A stretch of 63,924 nucleotides of DNA, filler included, from Aduncisulcus paluster (taxonomy: Eukaryota): assembly GCA_024181965.1 (NCBI GenBank). It is 46 parts of 46 records of this genome, joined end to end, with 100 filler letters (N's around TTAATTAATTAA, not from the genome) between each part and the next. Parts side by side here need not be neighbours in the genome. Positions count along the whole stretch, not along the records: positions 11,545 to 12,762 come from BQXS01001592.1; positions 12,863 to 14,118 come from BQXS01001597.1; positions 14,219 to 15,293 come from BQXS01001600.1; positions 15,394 to 16,509 come from BQXS01001609.1; positions 16,610 to 17,913 come from BQXS01001610.1; positions 18,014 to 19,737 come from BQXS01001620.1; positions 19,838 to 21,584 come from BQXS01001625.1; positions 21,685 to 22,777 come from BQXS01001627.1; 38 more parts are not named here. One strand, 5' to 3'. Under the pieces are notes generated by a model. It saw nothing but the letters and a program-made list of their open reading frames with translations. It made no database searches and was not told where the DNA came from. The position numbers were made by a program, and so were the translations under genes. The first letter of the stretch is position 1, and the number at the start of each line of letters is the position of its first letter. Shown piece after piece: positions 11,545 to 22,777 of the stretch.

Positions 11545-12762
11545 TAACCCAGTTGATCCACGGCATCAATAGCTGCTTTTGCATTGGCAACCAGCTGCTT
11601 CCTGAACGAATCGTTGGGCTCTTCATCCCCCTCACCAATAATTGGAAACGAAGCGCCGTCGAGAATGGCAAAACCACGGGCAACCCAAAAAATTGGTGAT
11701 CCGTAATTGGGCGATGTAAATGTATGCGGCGAAGTGGTAACCTGGCTGGCGCTGGCTATGTCTTTGTATTCACGCGGGTATGCCCAGAGTAACATGGGGA
11801 GTTTCTCTTTCTTTTCGCGGTTGTAACCGGCAGGTAAATACAACGTTCCCGATAATTCCACTCCGTCGTCGCGTTTGTATATTATTACTTCTTTGTAGAC
11901 GTTTTGCAGGCTTTCAAAAGGATTTTCAAAAAAGGTGATTTGTTGGGGGGCAATTCGTTTTATGGTGTTTCGAATAAAATAATTCGGGACTATGGTTTGA
12001 GATTCAACACGGGTTAAAAGAACACCTTTCTTGGCATCAAGCACTTCTGAAATCTGTTCCAGGTTTTCTTTCCCGTCGGCACGCCAAAGTTCCTTTGTTT
12101 CTTTGGTTTTTAAATTTAATGATCGAAAAAACGGGCGCATACCTTCAGGTGAATGTCCACGTCCGGTGAGGTATAAATTATTTTTATCGATGGTCAGAAT
12201 ATTTTCGCCCCATTCATTTTTTTCGGTTACAAAACGTCCGGGGTCGTTGTAATTATCCTGGTAATTCACATCAAAAATTATCTCCGGTTTTTGTTCCGGG
12301 TTGGAAGGATTAAACCAATAGGTTTTTGAATTTCTGGTACTCCACCACCTGTCGGAAGCAACGGCAATTTTATCATTTCCCCATTGGATGTTGGCCAACC
12401 GCTGTTGAACTTTTACCAACGATTTTGGAGAGCCGTTAAACGGTGCTTCCAGTTCAGATATTTCATCGCGGAATTCAGCTTCAATCGCAGGATCTCCCTC
12501 ATCCAGAGCTTGCACATAAAAAATGGTTGCCGGTTTATCAGCACGCCAGTTGATACTCCTTTTCCCTTTGGTTGTAGAGTTGAAACCCTGTGGCATTACT
12601 TCGGTTAACGGCGATTCTTCAATCATTTGTACTTTGTTTCCGTTGATATCGTAAACCATCGTTTTTGAAGGGAAACGATAATATGTTACAATGTAAGAAA
12701 AAGGTTTCTCCAAATAGTTAACCAGCACATATTCTCCGTTGGGCGACACATCCAGACGTGTA
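11545..12762 (-). CDS. Peptidase S9 family (prolyl oligopeptidase/glutamyl endopeptidase-like), internal fragment
   Basis: YKRDDGVELSGTLYLP, WAYPREY, PIIGEGDEEPND. Confidence 0.88.
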
Positions 12763-12862
12763 NNNNNNNNNNNNNNNNNNNNNNNNNNNNNNNNNNNNNN
12801 NNNNNNTTAATTAATTAANNNNNNNNNNNNNNNNNNNNNNNNNNNNNNNNNNNNNNNNNNNN

Positions 12863-13023
12863 CCAGTTGTTTTGAAAGTAAAACCAGTTGGAACATCCAA
12901 ATTTAAAAATTGTAATTCGTCTGCTCCTGGATCGGGATCATCTTCAATTTTAGATGAATTTGAACAGGAAATGCCAATCAGAAATAAAGACAAAAATAAC
13001 AATGGATTGAAAATCTTATTCAT
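12863..13023 (-). CDS. Lipoprotein N-terminus (LruC-domain-like)
   Basis: Lipobox GISC followed by LDVPTGFTFKTT. Confidence 0.55.
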
Positions 13024-13144
13024 AGTAGGTTTATTTTTAATTTATAGTCGATTTGTGGTGTAAAGTATCTCTTACGTAAATAAGTAACAATTGTTTAAAC
13101 AAAATGTTCAATTATGAAAGAAATTAACTAGCAATAGTTGAGAA

Positions 13145-13528
13145 TTGATCTTCTATTCACTTTTTCGTAACTTATGTGAACGCAATTCCATAAACCAAGA
13201 TTCTATGAACTCAACAGAAATGATAAACATTATTACCAAAGGCAACTGGCGTAATATTGAAACACAAGAAATCTGCTCCTTCTCATGGTCAGATTCCAAT
13301 CAATCCATTAACATTCATTTTAAATCAGGCAATAAAGCTGGACGTGGCGATTCTCATAAATTTGTGAAACTGTATAACAGCAAAAAAGATATGGAAGATT
13401 GTACCGTTCTCCGATTTCAGAGTAACCTTTTTACCAGTGAATTTAGATTGTGTTCCGAGAATGGTCCTATGGCGGTTGCTTCTGCCGTATTTGGCAAAAT
13501 GGATTTGGAAAGAGTCGAAGAACTCTAG
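13145..13528 (+). CDS. Hypothetical protein
   Basis: 127-codon ORF; true start may be the Met at 13205; no motif recognised. Confidence 0.5.
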   Translation: MIFYSLFRNLCERNSINQDSMNSTEMINIITKGNWRNIETQEICSFSWSDSNQSINIHFKSGNKAGRGDSHKFVKLYNSKKDMEDCTVLRFQSNLFTSEFRLCSENGPMAVASAVFGKMDLERVEEL

Positions 13529-13568
13529 GTAAAGGCTATAATTTTAAAACCTGCAGTAGTAAATTGCG

Positions 13569-13598
13569 AAAAAAAGCCACAAGCACGGAACTTGTGGC
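13569..13598 (-). terminator. Intrinsic terminator between convergent genes
   Basis: GCCACAAG-N7-CTTGTGGC stem with a 7-A run (U tract on the minus strand). Confidence 0.7.
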
Positions 13599-13615
13599 GA
13601 TTGAACTTCTTCTAA

Positions 13616-14118
13616 TTATTTTTGAGTAAACTCGAGTACTGTTGCATTCTCATCTTTCAGGATGTCTTGCTCTTTTCGATTCAATTCCAACTCGTTTATT
13701 ACTTTTTCTTTTGTAGGGAAATAGGTAGCAAACAGCACCATTATCATACCAGCAAATCCTATTAATAGGTAGCTTCCTGTTATTAAAAAGGTAACAATAG
13801 CAAAAAATGCAGGTCCTTCCATAATTGCAAACTTCACAATTTGGGTAGCTCTATACGAATCCAGTTTCGAACTTAAGTCTTTTTCTTTTCTATCTTTCTC
13901 TAGCCTTTTGGGAATCAAAATATAATTAGCTACAAAACTTCCAAGAAAAAAAAGTGGCACCATTACCAAAAAGATATTCTCCATTTCAGCATCCTTCTGC
14001 GCTATTCCATTCGTTTGATTCAAAAATAAGGTCATTGCAGCAAATAATACTGCTCCTAACAGCAAAGCAGCGTGCACAATATTTAATGCTTTTAAGTACT
14101 GTTTAAAGTTTTGTTTGA
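13616..14118 (-). CDS. Four-TM hypothetical membrane protein (Bacteroidota)
   Basis: Hydrophobic helices; YRATQIVKFAIMEGPAFF and FPTKEKVINEL. Confidence 0.7.
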
Positions 14119-14218
14119 NNNNNNNNNNNNNNNNNNNNNNNNNNNNNNNNNNNNNNNNNNNNTTAATTAATTAANNNNNNNNNNNNNNNNNNNNNNNNNN
14201 NNNNNNNNNNNNNNNNNN

Positions 14219-14305
14219 CTTTTCCTAGAGCTTCTTTTCTGTCATCCTCGATTGTAAGTGATGATAATTTAGCTAATTTATCTATTGTTGTATTATCAAT
14301 TGTCA

Positions 14306-14306
<1 letters not shown>
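14219..14306 (-). CDS. gatC: Asp/Glu-tRNA amidotransferase subunit C, N-terminus
   Basis: MTIDNTTIDKLAKLSSL; TAATG overlap with the tgt stop. Confidence 0.8.
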
Positions 14307-15293
<987 letters not shown>

Positions 15294-15393
15294 NNNNNNN
15301 NNNNNNNNNNNNNNNNNNNNNNNNNNNNNNNNNNNNNTTAATTAATTAANNNNNNNNNNNNNNNNNNNNNNNNNNNNNNNNNNNNNNNNNNNN

Positions 15394-15814
15394 TGGGTTG
15401 CACGACGTCAGGAGACACATCATCGGGGAAAGTGAGATCACCACTGGCCTGATCACTCGACCCATCCGAGGTGCTATCAGACGAACTGTCAGACTCACAC
15501 AATCCCGTGGAAGAGTTGTACGTCTCCTTTGAGCCCAAGTACTTTGTGCTGCAATCAACAGCATCACACACACCTGTCGTAGAGTTGAACGTCTGATCCT
15601 TCGTGCAAACACTCACACAAAATTGGACACCATCGGGGTCGACATAGTAATTGTTGGGCGAAATACAATCAGATGGCGACAAGATTTCAACAGAGATCGT
15701 GGAAACGAATGGAAGAGTAATAAAGGGAAATAATATCACGAGAGATATGCATGCGATGCATGGAAGAAAAGTGGAAATGTGATAATTCATGAGATAATAA
15801 ATAAGATGATTCAA
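15394..15814 (-). CDS. Eukaryotic Cys-rich secreted or surface protein fragment
   Basis: Hydrophobic N-terminal segment, repeated (F/Y)NS(T/S)TG(V/L)C motif, Ser/Asp-rich linker. Confidence 0.5.
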
Positions 15815-16609
15815 ATTATCAGAACAATCGTATTAAAAGATGGAAATATCGCACGTGATAATATGAACAATGTAAAAATAAGCAACAAGAACACATTCAA
15901 TGATCACAGACACGACCAGGGAGAGGGGTAAAAAAAAAAAAATGTCAAATTTTGGGTGATGGAAAGACAAAAAATTTGGAAATTTCAAAATTTGGAGATT
16001 CGAGTGAAGTGATGTGCACGTGGGATTCATGAATAGAATATAAATAACGATTCTATGCAAAACCATGTGATATGCGGGGTATGGTGGTATTATGAACATG
16101 GTCCAGGAATAAAGATGGAGAAACGCGGATCTGTGAAATATCCGGGATAGATGGATGATATCAGGAATGAAACATAAAACGATAGTTAAAGAAATGAAAT
16201 GTATTATTCTTGTATAACCACAAATCGAACGTGAAACGCATCACTTTGGTTATAGCACGAATGCGGACGGTGGCATGGGAGATAAAGTGGAAAGATCTCA
16301 ACCTTACATAAGATAATGGATCCTCGCGGGGAGTATGTCTGTAGTGATATCCAGCAATGCCTGCCAGAAGTGGTTTTTGGATAATCATCATCATGATGAT
16401 CATCGAGCATGATTATGTCCACTCAGTGAGCAGAAACATCAATTATTCCTTCCATGCACACAGGTATGGCGATCGGATAAGCACAGATATATTTTATTTT
16501 TGATGAACTNNNNNNNNNNNNNNNNNNNNNNNNNNNNNNNNNNNNNNNNNNNNTTAATTAATTAANNNNNNNNNNNNNNNNNNNNNNNNNNNNNNNNNNN
16601 NNNNNNNNN

Positions 16610-17511
16610 ATCATAGAAAGCATTGCACCCATTCTAGCTAGTCGTGATTGGTGTAACATAGCTCTATCTTTCTTTTTTACTTCATTGATTGCTTTTGTGA
16701 TTCTTTTCTCAAGATTTTTATTTATATCTTGAAGTTCAAACTCTTTTTTCTCGACACTTTGCTTATAATTTGAAAATACATTATTAATCTTTTGTGATAT
16801 GAGAAATGATAAAATTCCTGTAATAAGTATAATTAAACTAGAAATCAATAAAACTTGTGTGATATATTTGTCAATTCTTTTTTCAAGTATTTTTTTGTTT
16901 TGCCTAATAGAAGCTTCAATATCGTCTATGTAAAGACCAGCTCCTATGACCCAGTTGAATTTTTTGTAAAGTCGAAAAAAACCAAGTTTATTTGAAAAAT
17001 GTAGCTCTTTAGGTTTTTGCCAAGAATATTCTATAAATACTCCATTTGGTTCTTTTAGTGTTTTATCAATAAACTTTTTGGTGATTTGTGTTCCTCTTGC
17101 ATCTTCGAGTTTACTATCTTCAAGACCTATTTGATTTTGCCTAAAAGGGTGAGCTATCAAATAATAATTTGTATCGTGTATCCAAACATATCCATGTTTT
17201 TCATATCTGATAGTTTCTATATAATCTATTAATCTTTTTTTTACTTCTTTTTCACTTAGATTTTGATTACTTTTGGTGTGATGTTCTATGTAGTTGATAA
17301 TATGATTTATCTCTTTTTTAAGAATATTTTTTTGTTTTTGGAGATACTCCATTTCTACTCGAAGACTCTCATCTTCAAAGTAATCATGTTGTTGTTTAAC
17401 AAAGAAATAAATCGTAAAAAAAGCCCCAAGCAGCACTGTGATAACGGGTGTTAAAATGATAAGTCTTGGGATATTTTTTTCAGTAAACACAAGTTCTCCT
17501 TCAATTATCAC
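16610..17511 (-). CDS. Cache-domain sensor histidine kinase, N-terminal part
   Basis: TM-Cache (IRYEKHGYVWI...WVIGAGLYIDD)-TM, then QSRLARMGAMLSM leading into the H-box. Confidence 0.88.
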
Positions 17512-17535
17512 ATAGTTTACTCAAAAAAAGTGAGT

Positions 17536-17808
17536 TTAGGGTGAGTTTTTAATAGTATGTTTTTCTTTATAATTTTTATATATACCATAGAGTGTAATAA
17601 ATATCCAAAAAACCTCGATGATAAAAGAACCAAGATTAAAATGAACACATAAAGAGATCAGTAGTAGAACTGCACCTATTAGGTTTATGAGTTGAAATTT
17701 TAATGACTGAGTATCGTAAGTACCTGTTTGAAGTAAGAAGTAAGCGAAAACGATAAAAATCATCCCCACAAACCCTATAACTTGAAATATATCTAAACTA
17801 TCTAGCAT
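17536..17808 (-). CDS. Small membrane protein (CBU_0592-like)
   Basis: AYFLLQ...NLIGAVLLLISL...FIIEVFWI. Confidence 0.75.
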   Translation of the reverse strand: MLDSLDIFQVIGFVGMIFIVFAYFLLQTGTYDTQSLKFQLINLIGAVLLLISLCVHFNLGSFIIEVFWIFITLYGIYKNYKEKHTIKNSP

Positions 17809-17823
17809 GAAAATTTCTACAAA

Positions 17824-17913
17824 TTATACAATAGCTGTGATGGTAACAGTAAAGTCTAGATCACATCCAGCAAGAGGGTGATTATAATCTACAGTAACCT
17901 CTTCACCAGTCAC
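17824..17913 (-). CDS. FKBP-type PPIase (SlyD/FkpB-like), C-terminus
   Basis: VTVDYNHPLAGCDLDFTV. Confidence 0.85.
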   Translation of the reverse strand: MTGEEVTVDYNHPLAGCDLDFTVTITAIV

Positions 17914-18013
17914 NNNNNNNNNNNNNNNNNNNNNNNNNNNNNNNNNNNNNNNNNNNNTTAATTAATTAANNNNNNNNNNNNNNNNNNNNNNNNNNNNNNN
18001 NNNNNNNNNNNNN

Positions 18014-19225
18014 AAGATTTTTTATGAAATAATTGTTTATAGATATATTTTTCATTAGTAGTAATATCAAAAACTAATTTTACACCATATTTTTTCAGTT
18101 GAAATTCTATCCCTTTCCATAAAAACATAAACCTATCTTGTGTAATAATTTTGAGGGTTAAACCATTTAGTAACTTTTTAATTTTCTCTGAAGAGAGTCT
18201 ATTTTGTGGGTATTCTTTTTTATTAGCTATTTTGTGAACTATTTTGTAGTTTATAGATGTTGCGAAGGGCGAAATTTTCCCCTCTTTTTTATATACAAAG
18301 TTTAATAGGTTTTCTTGATTAAGTGCTTGATTAAGAGCTTGTCTAACTTCTTGATTTTTTAATTCTTTATTTCCATTGATAATATTAAAATATATGATAA
18401 AATTATTTGTTGATTCTCGAATTACCAATTTTGCATGATTTGAAAGGATAGTATCTATTTTTTTATTAAAAGCTATAGGTGTAATATCGAGTTTTCCTTC
18501 ATAGTTTGTTACATAGTCTAAAGCTTTATTCATATTAAGTTGGGTGTATACTGTTATTTTTTTTATTTTAGGATATCTTTTATCCCAATAATAAGGATTT
18601 GCAACTAGTTCTATTTTTTCTGATTGTTTTTCACCTAAAGCATAACCACTTTTTAAAATATATGGTCCAGTTCCAAATGTCCCAGCAACACTAGTTGCAG
18701 AACCTGTCTCTTCACCTTTTGGAGAATAGTTTTTTAAGTACTCATCTGTATAGAAATATATTCTAGCAAGGTCTAAAAAAAACATCTCGTATTTTTGTTT
18801 TAATTTTATTTGAAATTTGTGCTTACTGATTTTTGTTACAGTAAAATCTATTTTGTCGATATTTGTATAAAGAAAAGGATTTTTTTTGAAGTGATTTAGA
18901 TTTTTTATCACAGAATGTATATCCAAAGGTGAACCATCTTGAAATTTTAAATTTTTTCTAAGTTCAAAGATATAAGTAAAATCATCAATTCTTTCATGAG
19001 ATACAGCCAAGTCATAAACCCAACCTTGTTCATTATCATCAGAACGAATGAGTCCTGCATTTGTATTTTTGGCAATGTAAGAGTAGGGGATACTTGGTAG
19101 AAAAACTTTTATATGTGAGTTTTTATGTAGTTTAGAAGCGACCCTTGATAAAGAGTCATCATCTTTAAATTGTATTGGTTTTATCTCGTTTGAAAATAAA
19201 AAAATAAATAATAAGTTAAAAGCTA
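18014..19225 (-). CDS. Family-5-like solute-binding protein, partial
   Basis: YDLAVSH..IDDFTYIFELRKNLKFQDGSP, GTGPY, VRQALNQA; frame stays open into the gap. Confidence 0.75.
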
Positions 19226-19433
19226 NNNNNNNNNNNNNNNNNNNNNNNNNNNNNNNNNNNNNNNNNNNNNNNNNNNNNNNNNNNNNNNNNNNNNNNNNNN
19301 NNNNNNNNNNNNNNNNNNNNNNNNNNNNNNNNNNNNNNNNNNNNNNNNNNNNNNNNNNNNNNNNNNNNNNNNNNNNNNNNNNNNNNNNNNNNNNNNNNNN
19401 NNNNNNNNNNNNNNNNNNNNNNNNNNNNNNNNN

Positions 19434-19737
19434 CTAAACAAGTCGATACCCAATGCCTGAGAGATTAAACATAATATCTGTGGGTAATTTTTTTCTCAAA
19501 TTTCTCACAAGTGATCTAAGTGCACTATCTGTCATGACATCATCACCCCAAACATACTCTTGCAACTCTTCATATGTAGTCATTTTATCTTGATTTGATA
19601 TCAGTCGTTCAAAAAAACAAATCTCTTTTTTATTTAATATTACAATGTTATTTTGATAAGATAACTCTTTTTTATCATAGTCATAAACATAATCTTTATC
19701 AACTTTTAAAACCTCAATATTGTTTACATCAATAATA
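19434..19737 (-). CDS. OmpR-family response regulator, C-terminal DNA-binding domain
   Basis: LNKKE...YVWGDD...ALRSLVRNLRKKL...GIGYRLV*. Confidence 0.88.
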
Positions 19738-19837
19738 NNNNNNNNNNNNNNNNNNNNNNNNNNNNNNNNNNNNNNNNNNNNTTAATTAATTAANNNNNNN
19801 NNNNNNNNNNNNNNNNNNNNNNNNNNNNNNNNNNNNN

Positions 19838-20189
19838 ATTAACAATGCATCATTTACTAATGATGATTTCATAGTATCATCTATTGACCATCCAACAACT
19901 TTTCTGGAATAAATATCAATAACAGTTGCAAGATATTCTGAATTTTTCTTCGTGAAACTACAACCCCATATTTTTGTACTAAATAAGATTTTAATCGTCT
20001 TGTTCCATAAGTATTATATGATTGTTTAAAAGCATTTTTTATAAGTGTATTTAATGAACTATCAATCTTATTGATTACACAACCATTATTTATCCATCTA
20101 TAATAACAACTTCTTGTTATTTGAAATACTTTACACATTAAAGTAACAGAGAAACTCTCTTCATGTTGTTTTATCCAGGCATACCTTAT
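19838..20189 (-). pseudogene. IS3 transposase OrfB, internally deleted and frameshifted
   Basis: MCKVFQITRSCYYRW...TYGTRRL..VSRRKI joins directly to [30 protein letters not shown] in shifted frames; the WxxDIT catalytic segment is absent. Confidence 0.8.
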
Positions 20190-20482
20190 AGAGTTTCTTT
20201 TGCGAAATATGCCGCTGCCTTTTTTAATATTTCACGTTCTTGCTTTACCTGTATGAGCTCTTTTCTAAGTCGTTTGTTTTCGTCTTCTAATGTTTCTTTT
20301 GTGGAGTTGATTATGTTATGATTTCCAATATTATTGGATTTTTTATATTCTCGTATCCACAAAGATAATGTTTTATCATTCATTCCTAAATCATTTGCAA
20401 TCTTCTTTGTAGAATCTTCACTATTCATCACTAGTTGAATTGCTGAATCCTTAAATTCTTTAGTGTATTTACTTTTTCTCAT
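20186..20482 (-). CDS. IS3 transposase OrfA
   Basis: KYTKEFKDSAIQL...TLSLWIR...ENKRLRKEL...EREILKKAAAYFAKE. Confidence 0.92.
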   Translation of the reverse strand: MRKSKYTKEFKDSAIQLVMNSEDSTKKIANDLGMNDKTLSLWIREYKKSNNIGNHNIINSTKETLEDENKRLRKELIQVKQEREILKKAAAYFAKETL

Positions 20483-20624
20483 TCTATCTCACTTTTAATA
20501 ATTGTAACATAGAATTACTATTAATTTTATGTCCTATTTACTGTAGCCAGATCATGTTGATAATCCAATTGTTCCAGAAGTTATACTTACAAAATTTTTA
20601 AGAACGTTTGCTGTTAAAATAATT

Positions 20625-20828
20625 TCATTGTTTATCATACTTCAATTTAAAAAATAATATTATTATTCCAAATAAAACTATTATTATTCCAAAATAAATA
20701 TTTTCAGGATAATATAATACCATTNNNNNNNNNNNNNNNNNNNNCATTTTACCATCTAAAGCATTTGGATTGAAAATAATATAAATTCCTGATAATAAAA
20801 GACCTATTATTAAATTATAAATTTTCAT
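20625..20828 (-). CDS. Putative two-TM immunity protein for the upstream Rhs C-terminus
   Basis: Small hydrophobic ORF with ATGA overlap on the toxin stop. Confidence 0.6.
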   Translation of the reverse strand: MKIYNLIIGLLLSGIYIIFNPNALDGKMXXXXXXXMVLYYPENIYFGIIIVLFGIIILFFKLKYDKQ

Positions 20829-21496
20829 AACTCACTCGATATATAAGATTTTTCTTCATATACTTCTTTGGTAAACTTAGATAACCATCCTGTCATACTG
20901 GTAGGAGTTGTATCAAAACTCGTTCCTGAAATAATATCATATGTCATACTAGCAGTACCAGACAACCCACTTGTCAACGCAAGCTCTGTACCAGTCATAG
21001 CAATATTTAGCATATATCTTGGAATTGTTGGTGCATTATCCCGAACATCACGATAACCATTAATCCCACCTTGCAATGCTATGGGTATATCAGAACTCAC
21101 TTTATCATAAATATTACCTGCCCCATTCATCACTCTACCCATTTGTGCATTATTTTGTTCTATTCTTGTACTAATTGTATCTACTGTACTTGATATATTA
21201 TCACTTACTTCATTCCACATCGCTTCTCGTTCAGAAGATATATTCTGAGAATATTGCATCTGTGCTTGTGTCATAGTTGTATGCGTTGTCCCCATAGGAT
21301 CAAGATACCTAAGCGGATTATTCATAACATAAGCATAAAGATTCATACCATCTACATATCCTTTGGGGTCTCTTTGCATAAATCTTCCTAGAGTTGGGCT
21401 ATACATTCTATTTCTATAGTAATACAGTTCTGATTCTTGGTCATATCTTCTTCCTGTGTATGTAATTGTCGTAATATTTTTTAGTTTTTTAGTTTT
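20825..21496 (-). CDS. Orphan Rhs core-terminal plus variable C-terminal toxin module
   Basis: YTGRRYDQESELYYYRNRMYSPTLGRFMQRDP..DGMNLYAYVMNNPLRYLDPMG; frame closed by TAA at 21497-21499 with no upstream Rhs body. Confidence 0.85.
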   Translation of the reverse strand, partial: KTKKLKNITTITYTGRRYDQESELYYYRNRMYSPTLGRFMQRDPKGYVDGMNLYAYVMNNPLRYLDPMGTTHTTMTQAQMQYSQNISSEREAMWNEVSDNISSTVDTISTRIEQNNAQMGRVMNGAGNIYDKVSSDIPIALQGGINGYRDVRDNAPTIPRYMLNIAMTGTELALTSGLSGTASMTYDIISGTSFDTTPTSMTGWLSKFTKEVYEEKSYISSEL

Positions 21497-21584
21497 TTAC
21501 TTATAAAAATAAATATAACTCCTGATAATAACCATATACTAGCTTCTATACTTGATACTTGATGCCAATGTCTAACATAAACTT
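21481..21584 (-). CDS. C-terminus of a preceding small membrane protein (possible immunity gene)
   Basis: ...SIEASIWLLSGVIFIFISKKLKN*; TM helix plus basic tail like the downstream small ORF. Confidence 0.45.
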
Positions 21585-21861
21585 NNNNNNNNNNNNNNNN
21601 NNNNNNNNNNNNNNNNNNNNNNNNNNNNTTAATTAATTAANNNNNNNNNNNNNNNNNNNNNNNNNNNNNNNNNNNNNNNNNNNNCAAATAAGTTCTTCCA
21701 GTACCATTACTATAATGTTTCATTCTAATTTTATCTCTCAGTATTTCTAGTCATTTCTTAGCCATAATAACTGTCCTTAAATAAAATGTCTGTTAATGCC
21801 TCAATACTAAATTAAATCTTTATTTGGTACAATATATAAAATTCTTAGCAAAGGATAGAGT

Positions 21862-22134
21862 ATGAACTTAAGTCAAGACATAAAACCTATTAGTTATCTA
21901 AAAGCAAAAACAGCCGATGTTATTAATAATGTAAATGACACGCAAAGAACAGTCATCATCACACAAAATGGTGAAGCAAAAGCTGTAATACAAGATATTA
22001 AAAGTTATGAAAATATGCAAAACTCTCTAAACTTACTTAAACTCATTGTTCAAAGTGAAAATGATATTGTAAAAGATGATATTGTAAAACAAGATGAAAT
22101 GTTTGATAACTTAGAACAAAAACTATTTGGATAA
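21862..22134 (+). CDS. Phd/YefM family antitoxin
   Basis: DIKPISYLKA..VIITQNGEAKAVIQD; RBS AAGGA. Confidence 0.92.
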   Translation: MNLSQDIKPISYLKAKTADVINNVNDTQRTVIITQNGEAKAVIQDIKSYENMQNSLNLLKLIVQSENDIVKDDIVKQDEMFDNLEQKLFG

Positions 22135-22140
22135 AATCAA

Positions 22141-22464
22141 ATGAAAGATTTTAAAGTTATATGGACTAATAACGCTCAGTATGATTTAGAATCAATAATT
22201 GAATATATCAAAATAGACAGTCTAAATACTGCAAAAAAGATATTCGTTGAAATTAAAAAAGAGTGTGATTGTTTATACTATTTTCCTGAAAGAAAAAGAG
22301 TCGTACCAGAACTACAACAAATTGGAATCTTAAAATATAGAGAAATTATTCATAAAAGATGGAGAATCATATTTAAAATAGATGATAAAAAAGTGTATAT
22401 TTTACTAGTAGTAGATTCAAGTAGAAACTTAGAAGATATATTGTTTCAAAGAATGATGAAATAA
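22141..22464 (+). CDS. RelE/ParE family toxin
   Basis: VIWTNNAQYDLESIIEYI...VPEL...YREII..WRIIF; follows the antitoxin after 6 bp. Confidence 0.9.
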   Translation: MKDFKVIWTNNAQYDLESIIEYIKIDSLNTAKKIFVEIKKECDCLYYFPERKRVVPELQQIGILKYREIIHKRWRIIFKIDDKKVYILLVVDSSRNLEDILFQRMMK

Positions 22465-22484
22465 AAACTAAAAAAGGAGAAATA

Positions 22485-22589
22485 ATGGAATTACTATACA
22501 AAACATTCGAAATAGCAATAGGTTTATTTTTCATATTTATGATTTATAGATTTCTCAAATGTAGATTTGGAAAATGTGACTTAAAATAG
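22485..22589 (+). CDS. 34-aa single-TM small protein
   Basis: AAGGAG RBS; MELLYKTFEIAIGLFFIFMIYRFLKCRFGKCDLK*. Confidence 0.55.
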   Translation: MELLYKTFEIAIGLFFIFMIYRFLKCRFGKCDLK

Positions 22590-22656
22590 AGAACTTTAAG
22601 TCCATATTACCTAAAATAAGGATAGAAAATAAACTTATATTTTAGGAGAAAATAAA

Positions 22657-22777
22657 ATGAAAACTACTACCCTATTTCCAAATCGTTATGTACAAGGTGC
22701 AGATATTTTAAAAGATTTAGGTACAAATGTATCTAAACTTGGAAATCATGCTTTTATGATTTGTGATCCATTCGCTC
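22657..22777 (+). CDS. gldA: Glycerol dehydrogenase, N-terminus
   Basis: MKTTTLFPNRYVQGADIL...MICDPF; AGGAG RBS. Confidence 0.75.

Larger units (their letters stand above)
19838..20554 (-). mobile_element. IS3-family insertion sequence, decayed (left end, orfA, internally deleted orfB)
   Basis: TG-starting end TGATCTGGCTACAGTAAATAGGACA at 20554-20530; orfA HTH; A6G slippery site at 20225-20219; orfB remnants. Confidence 0.88.
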
